Assembly (NCBI GenBank): GCA_965203465.1
Contig: CBDBCR010000001.1
Location: forward strand, 1-64,000
Length of the DNA stretch: 64,000 bases
Direction: 5' to 3'
DNA from: Nitrosopumilaceae archaeon
Lineage (GTDB): Archaea; Thermoproteota; Nitrososphaeria; Nitrososphaerales; Nitrosopumilaceae
This document shows, in pieces, positions 31,089-41,132 of the stretch. Both the position numbers and the translations under genes were made by a program. Every line of letters starts with the position of its first letter. The stretch's first letter is position 1. Under the pieces are notes generated by a model, which was given only the letters and a program-made list of their open reading frames with translations, searched no databases and was not told the DNA's origin.

Positions 31089-32132
31089 GTGGACGCGGCG
31101 GTGCTTGCCATAACGAGGGGCGGCCTCGCCGTGGGCAGGAGGATAAAAAAACTGCGCCCGAACTGGTCGCTGCACGCCCCGCGCAAGCTCGACGACGGCG
31201 GCGAGGCCGAGTGGTTCGACGAGCCCGCGTCCCTCAAGGTCGGCGAGCTGTTCTGCTCGCGCCCGGCGCTGGTCTGCGTCTTTTCGCTGGGCGCCGTCAT
31301 ACGGCTGGTGGCCCCCCACCTGGCCGACAAAAAGACCGACCCGGCCGTCCTCGTCATAGACGACGCGGCCGGCTTTGTCATCAGCGCCCTCTCGGGGCAC
31401 CTGGGCGGGGCCAACGCGCTGGCCTCCGAGCTGGCCTCGGGGCTGGGCGCGCAGGCCGTCGTCACCACGGCGGCCGACGTCAACAAGACAATAGCGGTGG
31501 ACCTGGTGGGCAGGGAGCTGGGCTGGACGATAGAGCCGGATTCGCAGGTCACGGCGGTGAGCGCCTGCATGGTCAACGGCGAGCCGGTCGGCGTGTTCCA
31601 GGATTCGGGCCCCGCGTCGTGGCGGCCCTCGCCGATGCCGGCCAACGTGTCCACGTACGGCACGCACGAAGAGCTCGAGGCCTCCGGCTCCAAGGCGCGC
31701 ATGGTGATATCGGACAGGGTGCGCCAAAGCGCGGCCCCCTGCGTCACGTACAGGCCGCCGTCGCTCGTGGCAGGCGTGGGCGTGCACGCGGGGACCTCGT
31801 CGGACAAGATAATATCGGGCATCCGCGAGAGCTGCGCCGAGGCCGGGCTGAGCCCGCTCTCGGTCGGTCTGCTGGCCTCGGTCAGAAAGCCGCAGGAGGT
31901 AGCCGGGCTGGCCGAGGCTGCCGGAAGGATGGGCGCCCGGATAAAGTACATCGAGCGCTCGGAGCTTGCCGGCGTGAGCGTGCCCAACCCGTCCGGCGTG
32001 GTCGAGAGGCTCGAGGGCACGCCGAGCGTCTCGGAGGCGGCCGCCATCTCGGCCTCGGGCGGCCGGCTGGCCGTGCAGAAGCGAAAGTTCCCGCCCGACC
32101 TGACGGTGGCCATAGCGAGGGTGCCGGTATGA
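31089..32132 (+). CDS. cbiG: Cobalt-precorrin-5A hydrolase
   Basis: DKKTDPAV, LSGHLGGAN, SVSEAAA. Confidence 0.92.
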   Translation: MDAAVLAITRGGLAVGRRIKKLRPNWSLHAPRKLDDGGEAEWFDEPASLKVGELFCSRPALVCVFSLGAVIRLVAPHLADKKTDPAVLVIDDAAGFVISALSGHLGGANALASELASGLGAQAVVTTAADVNKTIAVDLVGRELGWTIEPDSQVTAVSACMVNGEPVGVFQDSGPASWRPSPMPANVSTYGTHEELEASGSKARMVISDRVRQSAAPCVTYRPPSLVAGVGVHAGTSSDKIISGIRESCAEAGLSPLSVGLLASVRKPQEVAGLAEAAGRMGARIKYIERSELAGVSVPNPSGVVERLEGTPSVSEAAAISASGGRLAVQKRKFPPDLTVAIARVPV

Positions 32133-32881
32133 GGCGCGGCATGCTGATAATCGACAGGGGCAGCAGGCAGCGCGAGGCCGGCGAGGAGCTCGAAAAGATA
32201 TGCGGCGCTATCGAAAAAGGGGGGCGCTACGAGTACGTCGGCTACTGCTTTCTGGAGGTCGAGCCGCCGTTCATCGAAGACGGCCTGCCCAGGGCGCTCG
32301 CGCAGGACTTGGACAGCCTCACCGTCGTCCCATACTTTCTGTACCCGGGCAGGAAGGTAAAGATCGCCGTGGCCGAGGCCATGACCTACCAGGAAAAGAC
32401 CGAGACGAAACTGTGCGTGACGCGGGCCATGAGCATGCACCCGGCCATGGTGGAGCTTGCCGACATGCGGGTGCGCGAGGCGCTGCAAGAGGGCGGCGAT
32501 CTACCCAGGGGGAGGGTCGACGTGCTCGTCATAGGCCACGGCAGCAAGGATCCCAACGCGCAGATGGCCCTCAAATACGTGGCCGTCGGCCTCGAAAAGA
32601 TGGGGTACAGGAACGTATCGCACTGCTTTTTAGAGATAGAGCAGCCCGACATCGCCGCCGGCGTGTCCGCCTGCGCGGCCAGGGACCCCGAGGCGCTGGC
32701 GATAGTGTTTTACTTTCTGCACGAGGGCGCGCACGTAAAGACCGACATCAGCGCCGACCTGGATCCGGTCTTGAAAGAGTCCGGCCTGAAGCGCGTCTGC
32801 GTAACGAAGCACCTGGGCGCCGACGAGCGCATGGTAAAGCTGATACTGGAAAGAGCTAGGGAGGTCGAGGATGCAGACTGA
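32129..32881 (+). CDS. cbiX: Sirohydrochlorin cobaltochelatase (two CbiX domains)
   Basis: DRGS..CFLE..P and GHGS..CFLE..P, FLHEGAHV. Confidence 0.9.
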   Translation: MRRGMLIIDRGSRQREAGEELEKICGAIEKGGRYEYVGYCFLEVEPPFIEDGLPRALAQDLDSLTVVPYFLYPGRKVKIAVAEAMTYQEKTETKLCVTRAMSMHPAMVELADMRVREALQEGGDLPRGRVDVLVIGHGSKDPNAQMALKYVAVGLEKMGYRNVSHCFLEIEQPDIAAGVSACAARDPEALAIVFYFLHEGAHVKTDISADLDPVLKESGLKRVCVTKHLGADERMVKLILERAREVEDAD

Positions 32882-33488
32882 AAAGGGGCAGTCCATAGAG
32901 GACGCGAGCATGCGGATGATAGAAGACGAGGTGGGCCCGCACTCCTACGGCGAGCTACAGTGGCCTATAGTGAGGCGCATAATACACACCACGGCCGACT
33001 TTGACTTTGCCGGGGCCAACGCGGTGCTGTTCTCGGACGGGGCCGTCGAGGCGGGCGCCCGGGCCCTGCGCTCCGGGGCCACCGTGGTGGCCGACGTGAA
33101 CGGGGTGTACGGCGGCATGAACAAGCAGAACCCCGCGCGGTGCGGCAACGAGATAGTGTGCAGGATATCCGATCCGGACGTGGCGGCGCGCGCGGCAGAG
33201 CTCGGCCTGACCAGATCGGAGGCCGCCATGCGCATGTCCGCAAAGGACATCGACGGGGGCGTGGTCGCGGTGGGCAACGCGCCGACCGCGCTACTCGAAG
33301 TAATCCGCATGCACAAAGAGGGCCTGGCCACGCCGGCCCTGGTGGTGGGGATACCGGTCGGGTTCATATCGGCCCCCGAATCGAAGGAAGAGCTGGCCTC
33401 GACGGACATGCGCTACATCACCAACAGGGGCCGCAAGGGCGGCAGCGCGGTGGCCGCCGCGGTGATCAACGCCCTGTACAAGACTTGA
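32871..33488 (+). CDS. cbiC: Precorrin-8X methylmutase
   Basis: RIIHTTAD, GNAPTAL, GIPVGF, GRKGGS. Confidence 0.95.
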   Translation: MQTEKGQSIEDASMRMIEDEVGPHSYGELQWPIVRRIIHTTADFDFAGANAVLFSDGAVEAGARALRSGATVVADVNGVYGGMNKQNPARCGNEIVCRISDPDVAARAAELGLTRSEAAMRMSAKDIDGGVVAVGNAPTALLEVIRMHKEGLATPALVVGIPVGFISAPESKEELASTDMRYITNRGRKGGSAVAAAVINALYKT

Positions 33489-34806
33489 CGCACCGGCGCA
33501 CGAACTCTGCCGCAAAGCCGCCGCCGCCAAAGTACAGGTGGCCGTACGAGGCAAGCAGCCCGTCCTGCACGATGCCGTCGCGGCCCCCCGCTATGCCCTC
33601 CCCCGCGGAGAGCTCGTAGGCGAACTTGGCGTCGCGCGGCGCGTCGGTGCGCGAATAGTGGAACTCGTGGCCGCGGAACGGAGAGCGGGCCGGCGAGACG
33701 GCGCAGTCGCGCACCACGCGGCCCTCCGTGTAGTTGAGCGTGAGCTTGCCGGTCATGCGGGAATCGGCCTCGATCACGCCGGCCATGGCGCGGCTTTTTC
33801 CGTCGCGTATCGACCTTGCCAGGTACATGAGGCCGCCGCACTCTGCGTACGCCGGCGCGCCCCCCTCTATCTTTTCCTTTACGGACGAGAGCATGGGGCG
33901 GTTCTCCGAGAGGCGCTGCGCCATCACCTCCGGGAATCCGCCGCCTATGTACAGCCCGTCGCAGTCCGGCACCTTTTGGTCCGAGAGCGGGCTGAAAAAG
34001 ACCGTGCGCGCCCCGCAGCGGCGCAACTCTTCGAGGTTGGCGGGGTAGTAAAAGTTGAACGAGTCGTCTAGGGCCACGGCCACCGTGCACTCTGGGGGAG
34101 CGGGCCCGGGCCGGGCGCGCTGCCGGATGGGCTCTGCGCGCGCAAGCTCCAGCACCCTGTCCAGATTTATGAATTCAGAGGCCGCGCGCGCTCTCTCCAC
34201 CGTGAGCCGGGATGTGGAGGCCTCGCGGGCCGGCACCAGCCCGAGGTGCCGCGACGGCAAAGAAGAGCCGGGATCGTGCGGTATCGCGCCGAGCACCTCG
34301 ATGCCCGACTCCGCCATGGCCTCGCGGCACATCCTCTCGTGCCTTTCGCTCTTTACCCTGTTGAGCACCACGCCGCGCACGCGCGCGTCCTCGCGGAACC
34401 GCGAAAACCCCAAAGCCGTGGCCGCCAGCGACCTGGCCGTCCCCGACGCGTCGAGCACCAGCACCACGTTGCAGCCGAGCAGCGAGGCCACCTGGTACGT
34501 GCTGGCAAGGTCGCCGCGCCCCGAGGCCCCGTCGTAATATCCCATGACGCCCTCTATGACGGCCACGTCTGCCTCGCGCGAGGCGAACGCGCGCAGCAGC
34601 TCCTCTTCGCCCATCAGCCACGCGTCGAGGTTGAGCGCCTCGCGGCCCGAGGCCGCGGCCAGGTGGCCCGGGTCTATGTAGTCGGGGCCCACCTTGAAGG
34701 GCTGCACCGAATAGCCGCGCCGCGCCAGGCCGCTGCACACGGCGCAGGCCACCGACGTCTTGCCCGAGCCGCTCGAGGCCCCCGCCACCACTATGCGCGC
34801 GTCCAA
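33466..34806 (-). CDS. cbiA: Cobyrinate a,c-diamide synthase
   Basis: SGSGKT, FKVGPDYIDP, EGVMG, AECGGLMYL. Confidence 0.95.
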   Translation of the reverse strand: MDARIVVAGASSGSGKTSVACAVCSGLARRGYSVQPFKVGPDYIDPGHLAAASGREALNLDAWLMGEEELLRAFASREADVAVIEGVMGYYDGASGRGDLASTYQVASLLGCNVVLVLDASGTARSLAATALGFSRFREDARVRGVVLNRVKSERHERMCREAMAESGIEVLGAIPHDPGSSLPSRHLGLVPAREASTSRLTVERARAASEFINLDRVLELARAEPIRQRARPGPAPPECTVAVALDDSFNFYYPANLEELRRCGARTVFFSPLSDQKVPDCDGLYIGGGFPEVMAQRLSENRPMLSSVKEKIEGGAPAYAECGGLMYLARSIRDGKSRAMAGVIEADSRMTGKLTLNYTEGRVVRDCAVSPARSPFRGHEFHYSRTDAPRDAKFAYELSAGEGIAGGRDGIVQDGLLASYGHLYFGGGGFAAEFVRRCVKSCTGR

Positions 34807-34867
34807 AGCCGGGGCGGGCCCGGCCCGCGCGTCTATAAACCGTTCAGGGTTTCCGAGAGCCGGGCCC

Positions 34868-35188
34868 TCAGAGCTCGCTTTCGACCCTGTCGATCATCTC
34901 CTGCATCTTTGCCTCGCTGGGCCGGTTCAGTATCATCCCGTGCTCCTCCATCAGCGCGAACCAGGAATCCTGCCTGTCCGGCGGCATGCGGACCCGGACC
35001 GTCTCGAAGGCGAGCCCGAACAGCAGGTCCGCCTCGGCCGGCGACTTTGCCTTCCTCTGGCAGAGCACGCGCAGCTCGCACAGATCGCAGTGGCCGCGTA
35101 TGCCCTCCCACTCCAGGTACGCCTCCATCGTGAACGCGCCGTCCGGCCCGCAGATCCCCCTGGCCCGCAGCAGCTCTTTGGAGTTCAC
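34868..35188 (-). CDS. Hypothetical protein with CDLC motif
   Basis: 106-aa ORF; CTTATA box upstream of GTG. Confidence 0.6.
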   Translation of the reverse strand: MNSKELLRARGICGPDGAFTMEAYLEWEGIRGHCDLCELRVLCQRKAKSPAEADLLFGLAFETVRVRMPPDRQDSWFALMEEHGMILNRPSEAKMQEMIDRVESEL

Positions 35189-35282
35189 GCCCGCCTCCCG
35201 CGCCGCAAGGATATAAGCCGCGCGCAGCCGCGGCCGCCGGGGCCCGCCAACTCTTTTTACACGGCCGCGCGCGCAGCCCCGC

Positions 35283-35807
35283 GTGGGCCTGCTGATAGTG
35301 TACACCGGGGGCGGCAAGGGCAAGACGACTGCCGCGCTGGGAATGGCGCTGCGCGCAGCCGGCCACGGCAAGCGCGTCTGCATGGTGCAGTTCATCAAGG
35401 GATCGTGGCGCTACGGCGAGATGGACTCGGCGCCCATGCTGGCCCCCCACTTCGAGCTGGTGCCGGCCGGCAGGGGGTTCGTCGGGATAATAGACGATAC
35501 GAGCCCCAAAGAGGTCCACCGAGAGGCCGCGCGCGCGGCGCTCTCCGAGGCGGCCGCCCGCATAGCCTCGGGCGCCTACGGCATCGTCATGCTCGACGAG
35601 GTAAACTACGCCGTGGACCTGGGCCTGGTGGACGAAGAAAAAGTGCTCGAGGCGGTGCGTGCGAGGCCCGAGGGGACCGACGTGGTGCTGACGGGCAACC
35701 GCGCGAGGCCCGCGATAATAGAGGAGGCCGACCTGGTCACCGAGATGAGGGAGGTAAAGCACCCGTACCGCTCCGGCATAAAGGCCAAGCGCGGCGTCGA
35801 CTTTTGA
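35283..35807 (+). CDS. cobO: Cob(I)yrinic acid a,c-diamide adenosyltransferase
   Basis: YTGGGKGKTTAA, QFIKG, LDE, LTG, KHP. Confidence 0.95.
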   Translation: MGLLIVYTGGGKGKTTAALGMALRAAGHGKRVCMVQFIKGSWRYGEMDSAPMLAPHFELVPAGRGFVGIIDDTSPKEVHREAARAALSEAAARIASGAYGIVMLDEVNYAVDLGLVDEEKVLEAVRARPEGTDVVLTGNRARPAIIEEADLVTEMREVKHPYRSGIKAKRGVDF

Positions 35808-35841
35808 AACACTTTTACCCGCCGGCCCCGGCGCGCCGCCC

Positions 35842-36630
35842 GTGCCCGAAGAGATGCCCGAGCAGGGCGAGATAGTCATGGCCACGGTCTCGCGCATAAT
35901 GGACCACGGCGCGTACGTGACCCTAGACGAGTACGACGGCATGCAGGGGTTTCTGCACATAGGCGAGATAGCCCCCGGGTGGATAAGGTCGGTGAGCAAG
36001 TTCGTGCGCGAGGGCGAAAAAAAGGTGCTGCTGGTCAAAAAAGTCAACCGCAACAGGAGGGACGTGGACCTGTCGCTCAAGCAGGTCTCGGCCGACCAGC
36101 GCAAGAAAAAGCTGCTCGACGCAAAGCGCGAGGAGCGCGGCAAGACCCTCATGGCCAGCGTGGCCGAAAAGGCGGGCCTCGACGGCGCGGGGGCCGAAAA
36201 GGCCGAGGAGATCCTGTACTCAAAGTACGAATCCCTGCACGACGCGTTCATGGACATGGCCGCCAAGGGCCCCGAAGCTGCGGGCCTGAAACTGCCCGAG
36301 GCCGTCTCGGCGGCCATAACGGAGGTCTGCTCCAAGATACGGCTGCCCTCCGTCGAGATCAGGGGGATAATGGAGATAACCAACCCGCGCCCCGACGGCG
36401 TCGAGATAATCAAAAAGGCGCTCGGCTCGGCGTCCGGCGAGGGGGACGTGGGGGTGGAGGTGACCTACCTTGGCGCCCCAAAGTACAGGCTCGGCATCAC
36501 CGCGCCGGACTTCAAGTCGGCCGAGCGCGCCATAAAGCCGGTCATATCGGGCATACAGCAAAAGGTGGAGAAAAAGGGCGGCACGTTCAGGTTCGACCGC
36601 GAGGAATCCAAAAAGACGAGGGCCGCCTGA
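35842..36630 (+). CDS. eif2a: Translation initiation factor aIF2 alpha
   Basis: S1 domain, DLSLKQV, YLGAPKYR. Confidence 0.95.
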   Translation: MPEEMPEQGEIVMATVSRIMDHGAYVTLDEYDGMQGFLHIGEIAPGWIRSVSKFVREGEKKVLLVKKVNRNRRDVDLSLKQVSADQRKKKLLDAKREERGKTLMASVAEKAGLDGAGAEKAEEILYSKYESLHDAFMDMAAKGPEAAGLKLPEAVSAAITEVCSKIRLPSVEIRGIMEITNPRPDGVEIIKKALGSASGEGDVGVEVTYLGAPKYRLGITAPDFKSAERAIKPVISGIQQKVEKKGGTFRFDREESKKTRAA

Positions 36631-36631
36631 G

Positions 36632-36787
36632 ATGAAGTTCGTGCTCAGGAGGTGCGGCGCGTGCGGCAGGTACACCCTGGCGGCGGGGTGCCCCGCCTGC
36701 GGGGCCGAGACTGCCTCTGCGCACCCCGCGAAGTTCTCGCCAGACGACAAGTACGCAAGGTACAGGCTAGCCGGGAGGTACCGGTGA
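36632..36787 (+). CDS. nop10: H/ACA RNP protein Nop10 (absent from ORF track)
   Basis: RCGACGRYTL...CPACG...AHPAKFSPDDKYARYR directly after aIF2 alpha. Confidence 0.93.
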   Translation: MKFVLRRCGACGRYTLAAGCPACGAETASAHPAKFSPDDKYARYRLAGRYR

Positions 36788-38875
36788 GTACGCGTCGTTG
36801 ACCTCGTATATCATGACGGCCAGCACGGTCTCTGCGCCCTCTGCAAAGCTGGGCGAGGCGTACGCCAGCCTGAACGGCCCGTCCCCGCCGGGCGGGTACT
36901 TTACAGACGGGGCGTAGAGGGGCAGCGAGCCGTCGAAGAACTCGTCGGAGGCAAGGTCGTCGGCGTAGAAAGAGTGCTCCTCGTACGGGAACATCTTGCC
37001 CATGGCCGTCTCCCAGAACGCGTCGTTGGGCGAGAGGCCGTCCGAGTGCAGGAACCTCTCCAGCGGCTCGCCGGCCACCGGTATTATGGACGGAAGCTTG
37101 CTCTCCTCGCCGCCGCCGGCAAGCGCGAAGACCTTTTCGCCGTTGAGCGTGTAGCGCTCGGCGGCCACGAAGACCAGCACGTAGTCGGCCCCCTTGGACT
37201 GGAAATACCGCCACGCCTCGTCGGGCTCGGAGAGCAGGGCGGCTGCCATTTGCTTTATGCGCGTCCAGCTGAGCGTGGCGTTGTCGGCCAGCGTCGGGCG
37301 CTCCGATACGGCCGTTATCCAGTACCCGTAGTCCCACCAGGCGGCCACCACCGAGCCGGGCGGCGTCTCGTGCTTTATCCACGCGAGCGCGGCGGGCCAG
37401 TCCTGGAAGGTCCCCTGGAACCACGTGCCGCCGTTGAGTATGTTGGGCGGCACCGAGGCGGCATCGGCCCGGGTCTGGTCTTCGGGCAGGGCGAGCGGGG
37501 CGGCCAGCAGAGCTACCAGGCCGGCGGCGACCGCGCACTTTAGGGCGAGCCGCGCGGGCCGGCGCCCCGTTCTGAGCGCGCCGGCCAGGCGCGCAGCGGA
37601 CTTGTCCAGCCCCCCCGAAGAGAGGATCTCCGAGACCGCGACGCCTGCCAGCATCGCCAGCCCGAGCGAGGCGAGCAGTTCCAGGCGCACCAGCGAGGCG
37701 CCCACGTACACGCCGGCCAGGGCAAAGACCAGCGCGAAGGCGGCCGCGTGCCGCCCGGGCCGGGCGGGCCCGAGGCGCGAAAACAGGTACCAGGCGCCGG
37801 GCAGGGCCAGCACCATCGCGGTCGAGTGGTAAAAGAACGAGACGCCGGCGGTCGGGACCGCGTGCTCCGAGACCGAGTCGCCGGTGGCCGACTGCTCCAG
37901 GAACGGGGCCACCGCGTACAGGTACCTCCCTACCCAGCTCGCCGAGGCGTCCGACGAGGCCGGCCCGGCTGCCATGGCCAGCGCGCCCGCCGCCACCACG
38001 GCGGCCAGGACCAGCGCGCCGTTGCGGGCCGACTTTTCCGGCGCGCTCCTTTGGCGGGCCAGCGCGGCGGCCAGCGCGGCCGCGGCCGACGAGGCCAGGG
38101 CTATGCCCCCAAAGCCGGCGGCCAGGTCGGGGCCGGGGCGCTCGAAGAGCAGCGAGACGGCCAGCACCGCCGCGGCGAACGGCACGACCACCCGCGCCAG
38201 GCGGCCCGCCCGGACGCCGGCGAACGGCAGCACGGGGAAGAACAGAGCCGCCACCAGCAGAAAGAACGTGGCCCCGCCCCACGCCGAGATGCCCAGCACC
38301 AGGACCGCTCCGCCCGCGGCCGAGCACGCAAGCGCCCGCCTGTCGCCCTTTGCGCCTACCGCGTACAGCAGCAGGCACATGGCGATGAGGCCGTAAAAGA
38401 CGCCGAGCGGCTCGGACTTGAACCAGCCCAGCGAGCCGCGCAGCACCACCGGCAGCGAGACAGAGTACAGCAGCGCGGCGGCCAGCCCGGCGGCGGTGCC
38501 GCCCACGAGCCGGACCAGCGCGAATACGACCAGCACCGTCAGCGAGCCGACCACCACCGGGAACATTACCGCAAAGTCGTACAGGTCCGAGCCGGCGCCG
38601 AACGCGGCGTACGCGCCGGCCGCCGTAGCGTGCAGCATCACCTGGGACGTGGCCGATATGTCGCGGCCGTGCCCGTACCAGCTCAGCTCGTCGTGCCACT
38701 CCATGTACTCGGCGAGGCCGTTTTCGACCATGAACTCGGTGGCGCGGTAGTTGAAGAACGGATCGAACTCGTGCAGATCGTAGCCGTGCTGCGCGACCGG
38801 CAGCGACCTCATCGCCAGCGACGCAGAGACCGCGAGGGCCAGCACCCCGACCACCAATAGCGCGCGCCCGTTCAA
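36767..38875 (-). CDS. aglB: Oligosaccharyltransferase AglB (STT3)
   Basis: EFDPFFNYR, SVSEH, WWDYG, TLADNAT. Confidence 0.93.
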   Translation of the reverse strand: MNGRALLVVGVLALAVSASLAMRSLPVAQHGYDLHEFDPFFNYRATEFMVENGLAEYMEWHDELSWYGHGRDISATSQVMLHATAAGAYAAFGAGSDLYDFAVMFPVVVGSLTVLVVFALVRLVGGTAAGLAAALLYSVSLPVVLRGSLGWFKSEPLGVFYGLIAMCLLLYAVGAKGDRRALACSAAGGAVLVLGISAWGGATFFLLVAALFFPVLPFAGVRAGRLARVVVPFAAAVLAVSLLFERPGPDLAAGFGGIALASSAAAALAAALARQRSAPEKSARNGALVLAAVVAAGALAMAAGPASSDASASWVGRYLYAVAPFLEQSATGDSVSEHAVPTAGVSFFYHSTAMVLALPGAWYLFSRLGPARPGRHAAAFALVFALAGVYVGASLVRLELLASLGLAMLAGVAVSEILSSGGLDKSAARLAGALRTGRRPARLALKCAVAAGLVALLAAPLALPEDQTRADAASVPPNILNGGTWFQGTFQDWPAALAWIKHETPPGSVVAAWWDYGYWITAVSERPTLADNATLSWTRIKQMAAALLSEPDEAWRYFQSKGADYVLVFVAAERYTLNGEKVFALAGGGEESKLPSIIPVAGEPLERFLHSDGLSPNDAFWETAMGKMFPYEEHSFYADDLASDEFFDGSLPLYAPSVKYPPGGDGPFRLAYASPSFAEGAETVLAVMIYEVNDAYSPVPPG

Positions 38876-38902
38876 CCGCCCCGCTCCGCGGGCGCGTCTT
38901 TT

Positions 38903-39358
38903 TTACTCTTTATCAGGCTCGTAGGTGCCCTCCAGCCGGGCCTCGGCGAGCACGTGCCCCCGGGCGGCCCCGTCCAGCTCTTGCCGCGAGGCGCCGGGCG
39001 GCAGGTGCAGCAGCGCGTCGAGGGCGTACGCGCGCAGCACGTACCTGTGCCGCTTGTCGGGTGGGGCGGGCCCGCCGTAGCCGCTGTGGCCAAAGTCGGT
39101 CACCCCCTCCACCGAGCCGGGCGGCAGGGTGGAGCCGGGAAGCTCTTCGAGTGGGGCCACGTTCCAGACGGTCCAGTGGACCCAGATCTTGCCCGCCGGC
39201 TCTAGCGCGTCGGGATCGTCCAGTATTACGGCCAGGGAGCGGCAGCCTTCCGGCACGCCCGAGAAGCGCAGGGCCGGCCTGACGTTGCCGTTCTTGTAGC
39301 CGTGCCTGAGGGGGATCGGCTCGCCGTGGGCGAACGATGGGCTCGATACTTCGAACAC
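38903..39358 (-). CDS. YbhB/YbcL (PEBP) family protein
   Basis: DPDA, WVHW, GYGGPAPP, HRY. Confidence 0.9.
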   Translation of the reverse strand: MFEVSSPSFAHGEPIPLRHGYKNGNVRPALRFSGVPEGCRSLAVILDDPDALEPAGKIWVHWTVWNVAPLEELPGSTLPPGSVEGVTDFGHSGYGGPAPPDKRHRYVLRAYALDALLHLPPGASRQELDGAARGHVLAEARLEGTYEPDKE

Positions 39359-39449
39359 GGCCGCGTTCGGGGGCCCGCAAAAATATGTCTTGCGCCGGGA
39401 TCCGGGCGCGCCTAGTGGCAAGCGGCGGCGCGGTGCCGGGCCGGGGCGC

Positions 39450-40714
39450 TCACGCGGTCGGATCCGACACCCGCCCCATGAACAGCACCATGCCGCTCTG
39501 CTCGTCGTATATGGCGAACAGGAACGGGCGGTTCGCGTTAAAGTGGAGTGGGGGTGGGGGTTCTGATTCTGTTATGGTCATAGCCGCAGCATCTTCCGAT
39601 GTCTCGGTCCCGTTTTCGTTTACCGTCAAGTACGCGCTGTGCCCCGCTCCATCCAGGTAGCAACCGCCTTCGTTGAATCCGTTCAGATGTGGAAAAATGG
39701 AACTGTCGTCGCTTTTGTGCTCGACGATGTAGGACCACACGCCCGGATGCGTCGAGACCCGGAACTTCGCGTCCTCGGTACGGGCTCCGGCGTCGAGATG
39801 CACGCCGTGGTACGTCGCGATCTGAAACTTTGGCAGCGACACCGAGATGTTCCTAGATTCCAGCATGCCGAGCCACTCCCCCATCCGTGCGCCAGATCTT
39901 TCCGCCAGCCTTTCTAGGCCGCCCGCCTCGTACGGCAGTACCACCAGCATGGAGAGCCGGTCCCCTTCGTACGGCAACCGGAGGACTTGGGCGTCCTCCG
40001 CGTTTGCGTAGTCAAAGCCGCCCTTTGCGTGCATAAAGTATGCATAGACGCCGTCCCCTTCGCCCCTCCAAAACTGCCCCTTTCTAGTGTCTTCTTTCGG
40101 GAACTGGATCGTCCAGGCTCCCTAAGTTGACCACGTTTGCGACAATCGCCAACAGTTTGCCGCATTGGACTACGGCGATGGACGTAGGCGCGATCTTGCC
40201 GCCGGCCTTTTCGGACGCCCGGTAGTCTATTTCCCTCCACACGGGTTTTGGCTCCCCGAAGTAAAATTCGTCCGCCTCGATCGGGTACGTCTCGGCCTCG
40301 ACCAAGTATGCCTGGCGCACAACGTCCAAGTACGATTCGAACCAGTCCGACATCCACAGTGCGTTGGCCATCTCCAAGACCGCGCGCGGGTCTTCGGCGT
40401 TGAGCGCGGCCATCATGCGCGCGGAGGCGGCGCGGCGCTCTTCATCGTCGGGCTCGAACCCGAACAGATCGATCATCCGGGAGGACGTAGAACCGCCCGC
40501 CCCCTCGTAGACTATGGAAAACACGGTGTGGGTGCCGACCGGCGAGAAAAAGACGTTGCCCTCGGTTTCCGACAGATTTCTGTAAAAATCAAAGGCGAAT
40601 TCGTTGACCGACTCTGCCGTCCGGGGGGGGCACCTCGGCCGTCCCTGAAGTCTCAAGCGCCAAGACAAAGGCAACCGCCGGCGCGGCAGACAAGGCCGCG
40701 CGCGTCCGCTTCAT
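39450..40714 (-). pseudogene. Serpin family protein with two frameshifts
   Basis: NEFAFDFY, NVFFSP, LPYEG..SMLVVLP, VNENGTE, NRPFLFAI..LFMGRV; shifts at C8 run (40623-40630) and ~40122. Confidence 0.85.
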
Positions 40715-40763
40715 GGCGCCGGCCCGCGCGTCTCGGCTAAAAGAGTGCCGGGCGCGCAAACGG

Positions 40764-41132
40764 CTAGGAGAGCACCATCCTGTCCTGCCACAGCGTCAGG
40801 ACGCTGCCGCCGGCGCGCCGCACGCGCCCGCGCAGCCTCTTGTCCAGGGTGGCCACCGTGCCCCCGCGGCGCTCCACGTACCCCACGATGGCGTCGTCCG
40901 CCGGAACCGCGCTGATCTCCTCCAAGAGGCGCATGGAGCCGGCGCGCTCCAGGGCCGCCCCGGCGGCCGCCCGCTTGGGGCCGCGCTCCAGCATGGCCTC
41001 CAGCTCCGATACGACCGAGCGCGGCGCCACGAACGATATGCTGCCTATCTCGGCGCAGACAGAATCGATGTTGTGTATCCTGCCCGAGGCGAGCCTCACC
41101 AGAAAGTCCGTATCGCAGATGACCTCAGCCAA
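40764..41132 (-). CDS. PIN-domain protein (Fcf1/Utp24-like)
   Basis: ICDTDFL, ADDAI, VATLD; directly downstream of aIF2 gamma. Confidence 0.8.
   Translation of the reverse strand: MAEVICDTDFLVRLASGRIHNIDSVCAEIGSISFVAPRSVVSELEAMLERGPKRAAAGAALERAGSMRLLEEISAVPADDAIVGYVERRGGTVATLDKRLRGRVRRAGGSVLTLWQDRMVLS

Noticed and set aside
31028-32881. Apparent long fusion ORFs (also 41125-43140, 47654-49291, 52890-54869, 15878-17656, 542-1402)
   Set aside because: ORF-track over-extension into stop-free frames; real starts are internal
40764-41132. PIN gene as an additional TA toxin
   Set aside because: No antitoxin partner; sits in the usual rps6e-eif2g-PIN housekeeping arrangement
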